From: a virus | Direction: 5' to 3' (one strand) | DNA length: 49,064 nt | IMG/VR virus record: IMGVR_UViG_3300045988_163663 | Part shown: piece after piece, positions 48,011 to 49,064 of the stretch | Position numbering within the stretch: position 1 is the first letter of the stretch | Layout of the letters: every line of letters begins with the position of its first letter | Notes under the pieces: generated by a model | Databases searched by the model: none | The model's input: the letters and a program-made list of their open reading frames with translations, nothing else | Told to the model about the DNA's origin: nothing | Program-made: the position numbers and the translations under genes

Positions 48011-48193
48011 TTTTAGAAATTATTTTGCCAGGTAGGAAGATTTATCCATTTTTTCCATTTTTTTTACACGAAACCCTGCCCCCCCACTTCACTTGACTAA
48101 AATGTTAAAGTCTATTGTCTTGCTTTATTCAAATGAAGCAAGTTAGATACGACTAACCCCCTAAAAAAATATTTCGATTTTTGAAAAAAAGTA

Positions 48194-48228
48194 GTTGACA
48201 TTTTCGGGCATAGGTGCTATTCTATAAT
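48194..48228 (+). promoter_or_regulatory. Promoter-like element
   Basis: TTGACA followed by a TATTCT / TATAAT-like -10 region. Confidence 0.35.
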
Positions 48229-48302
48229 CAGAAATTGACCACGGGACAACGCAAAGCAAGCCGCAAGGCAAGCGAAAAAAAATCAAGAAATTTTGAAAAA
48301 AG

Positions 48303-48331
48303 TTCTTGACAAGCCGAAAATCCTATGGTAC
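48303..48331 (+). promoter_or_regulatory. Near-consensus extended -10 promoter
   Basis: TTGACA-17 bp-TGGTACAAT. Confidence 0.55.
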
Positions 48332-48332
48332 A

Positions 48333-48590
48333 ATGAGTACAACGAAGCAAGGGAAAAACAAACAACGCAAGCCCTTGCAAGTGTAGTAGAATGACCGGAA
48401 AGAGGCCGAAGCACCGAGCGGCGTTGAACATTGACAAGTGAATTTAAGCCGAACGTCTGCACCGCATAGCGGACGCAATGGTAGAACATGGAAAGTGCGG
48501 TGCAAGCGGTAGGGCAGTCCATCGCCTACGGCAGATAGCACCACGGACAGCTGACAACTAACAGTCAAATAATATGTAAAGGATTGGTAA
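48333..48590 (+). ncRNA. GC-rich structured leader / candidate regulatory RNA with GCAAG repeats
   Basis: Located downstream of the strong promoter. Complementary 8-bp segments gcaccgca (48458) and tgcggtgc (48503), plus ggtagg/cctac. GCAAG/CAAGG motifs recur at least 7 times. GC content is far above the neighbouring phage DNA. Confidence 0.25.
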
Positions 48591-48594
48591 AATC

Positions 48595-48999
48595 ATGGTA
48601 TATGCAATTAAAACAAGCGAACAGGACAAACAGAAAGCTATCAAAGCAGAGTTAGCAGAACAGGCACAAGACTTGATAGCATATGTCAAGCAATACCATA
48701 TGCTTGGCAATAGCTTCGACTATGATGGTATGCTGGACAAGTATCATGAATATGCGGCGAAGAATATCCCGCAGTGGGACAACCTGACTTGGGCTATTCA
48801 TAGTGCTGAATATGACTTGGAGCACACGGACTATAACATGGATATGGAAACTGGCAATCCATGTATCGCATATGAGGCCGCCTATGAGAAGCTGACAGAC
48901 TTGCAAGACGAGGCCGAGGAATGGGCGGATATCTTTGAACATATGCTCGAAGACTTCTTCTACAAACTGCACGACCTGCTATATGGTGAAGAAGCATAA
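48595..48999 (+). CDS. Acidic protein, 134 aa, of foreign (higher-GC) composition
   Basis: Intact ORF with GC-rich codon usage, Asp/Glu-rich. TAA stop. Confidence 0.45.
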   Translation: MVYAIKTSEQDKQKAIKAELAEQAQDLIAYVKQYHMLGNSFDYDGMLDKYHEYAAKNIPQWDNLTWAIHSAEYDLEHTDYNMDMETGNPCIAYEAAYEKLTDLQDEAEEWADIFEHMLEDFFYKLHDLLYGEEA

Positions 49000-49052
49000 G
49001 CTTCTTCACCCATTCACCTAACAACCAACTGACATTATATGGAGGTAAAACT

Positions 49053-49064
49053 ATGAACCGTATC
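49053..49064 (+). CDS. Start of the next gene (truncated by the window end)
   Basis: GGAGG ribosome-binding site then ATG AAC CGT ATC at the window edge. Confidence 0.3.

Noticed and set aside
48228-48568. Three overlapping minus-strand ORFs (Cys/Arg-rich) in the GC-rich leader
   Set aside because: They overlap one another and the plus-strand promoters. The composition is driven by GC-rich non-coding sequence. There are no ribosome-binding sites.
1-49064. tRNA (suppressor) genes and CRISPR arrays
   Set aside because: No cloverleaf-compatible GC-rich 70-90-nt segment and no regularly spaced repeat array was recognised by eye. Absence cannot be proven without tRNAscan-type and CRISPR-finder searches.

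Overview
This window is an AT-rich (~30% GC) tailed-phage genome segment, lytic phage or prophage, probably infecting a Firmicutes host. The six-frame ORF track is misleading here because TAG (amber) is read as a sense codon throughout the element. Conserved genes (RuvC-like resolvase, terminase large subunit, portal, tape-measure protein) are only contiguous when TAG is translated. Their standard-code ORF fragments all share one frame and are separated only by TAG. True stops are TAA or TGA. TAG often sits next to CAA/CAG codons inside Gln runs, so TAG most likely encodes Gln; this is inferred, not proven. Layout: positions 1-2937 carry plus-strand early/DNA-metabolism genes (nrdG C-terminal fragment, dUTPase, RuvC-like resolvase, small hypotheticals). 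Positions 2976-46809 form one long minus-strand block. Reading in the direction of transcription it runs: regulator-like protein, small terminase with Zn ribbon, large terminase, a homing-endonuclease-like gene, portal, scaffold, major capsid, connector proteins, tail genes, a ~3143-aa tape-measure protein, four giant distal tail/fibre proteins (1098, 1142, 1199 and 965 aa), a holin-like gene, then small Gln-rich and spore-coat-like cargo proteins. Positions 46865-49064 return to the plus strand (small basic protein, secreted protein, AbrB-like regulator). The window ends in a GC-rich island (~45% GC) with consensus sigma-A-like promoters, a structured leader and an acidic protein. No tRNA (in particular no suppressor tRNA) and no CRISPR array were recognised. 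Two near-identical 29-bp consensus promoters drive the packaging/head operon and the tail operon. Minus-strand gene ends are mapped by hand from true TAA/TGA stops and should be treated as approximate (a few nt).
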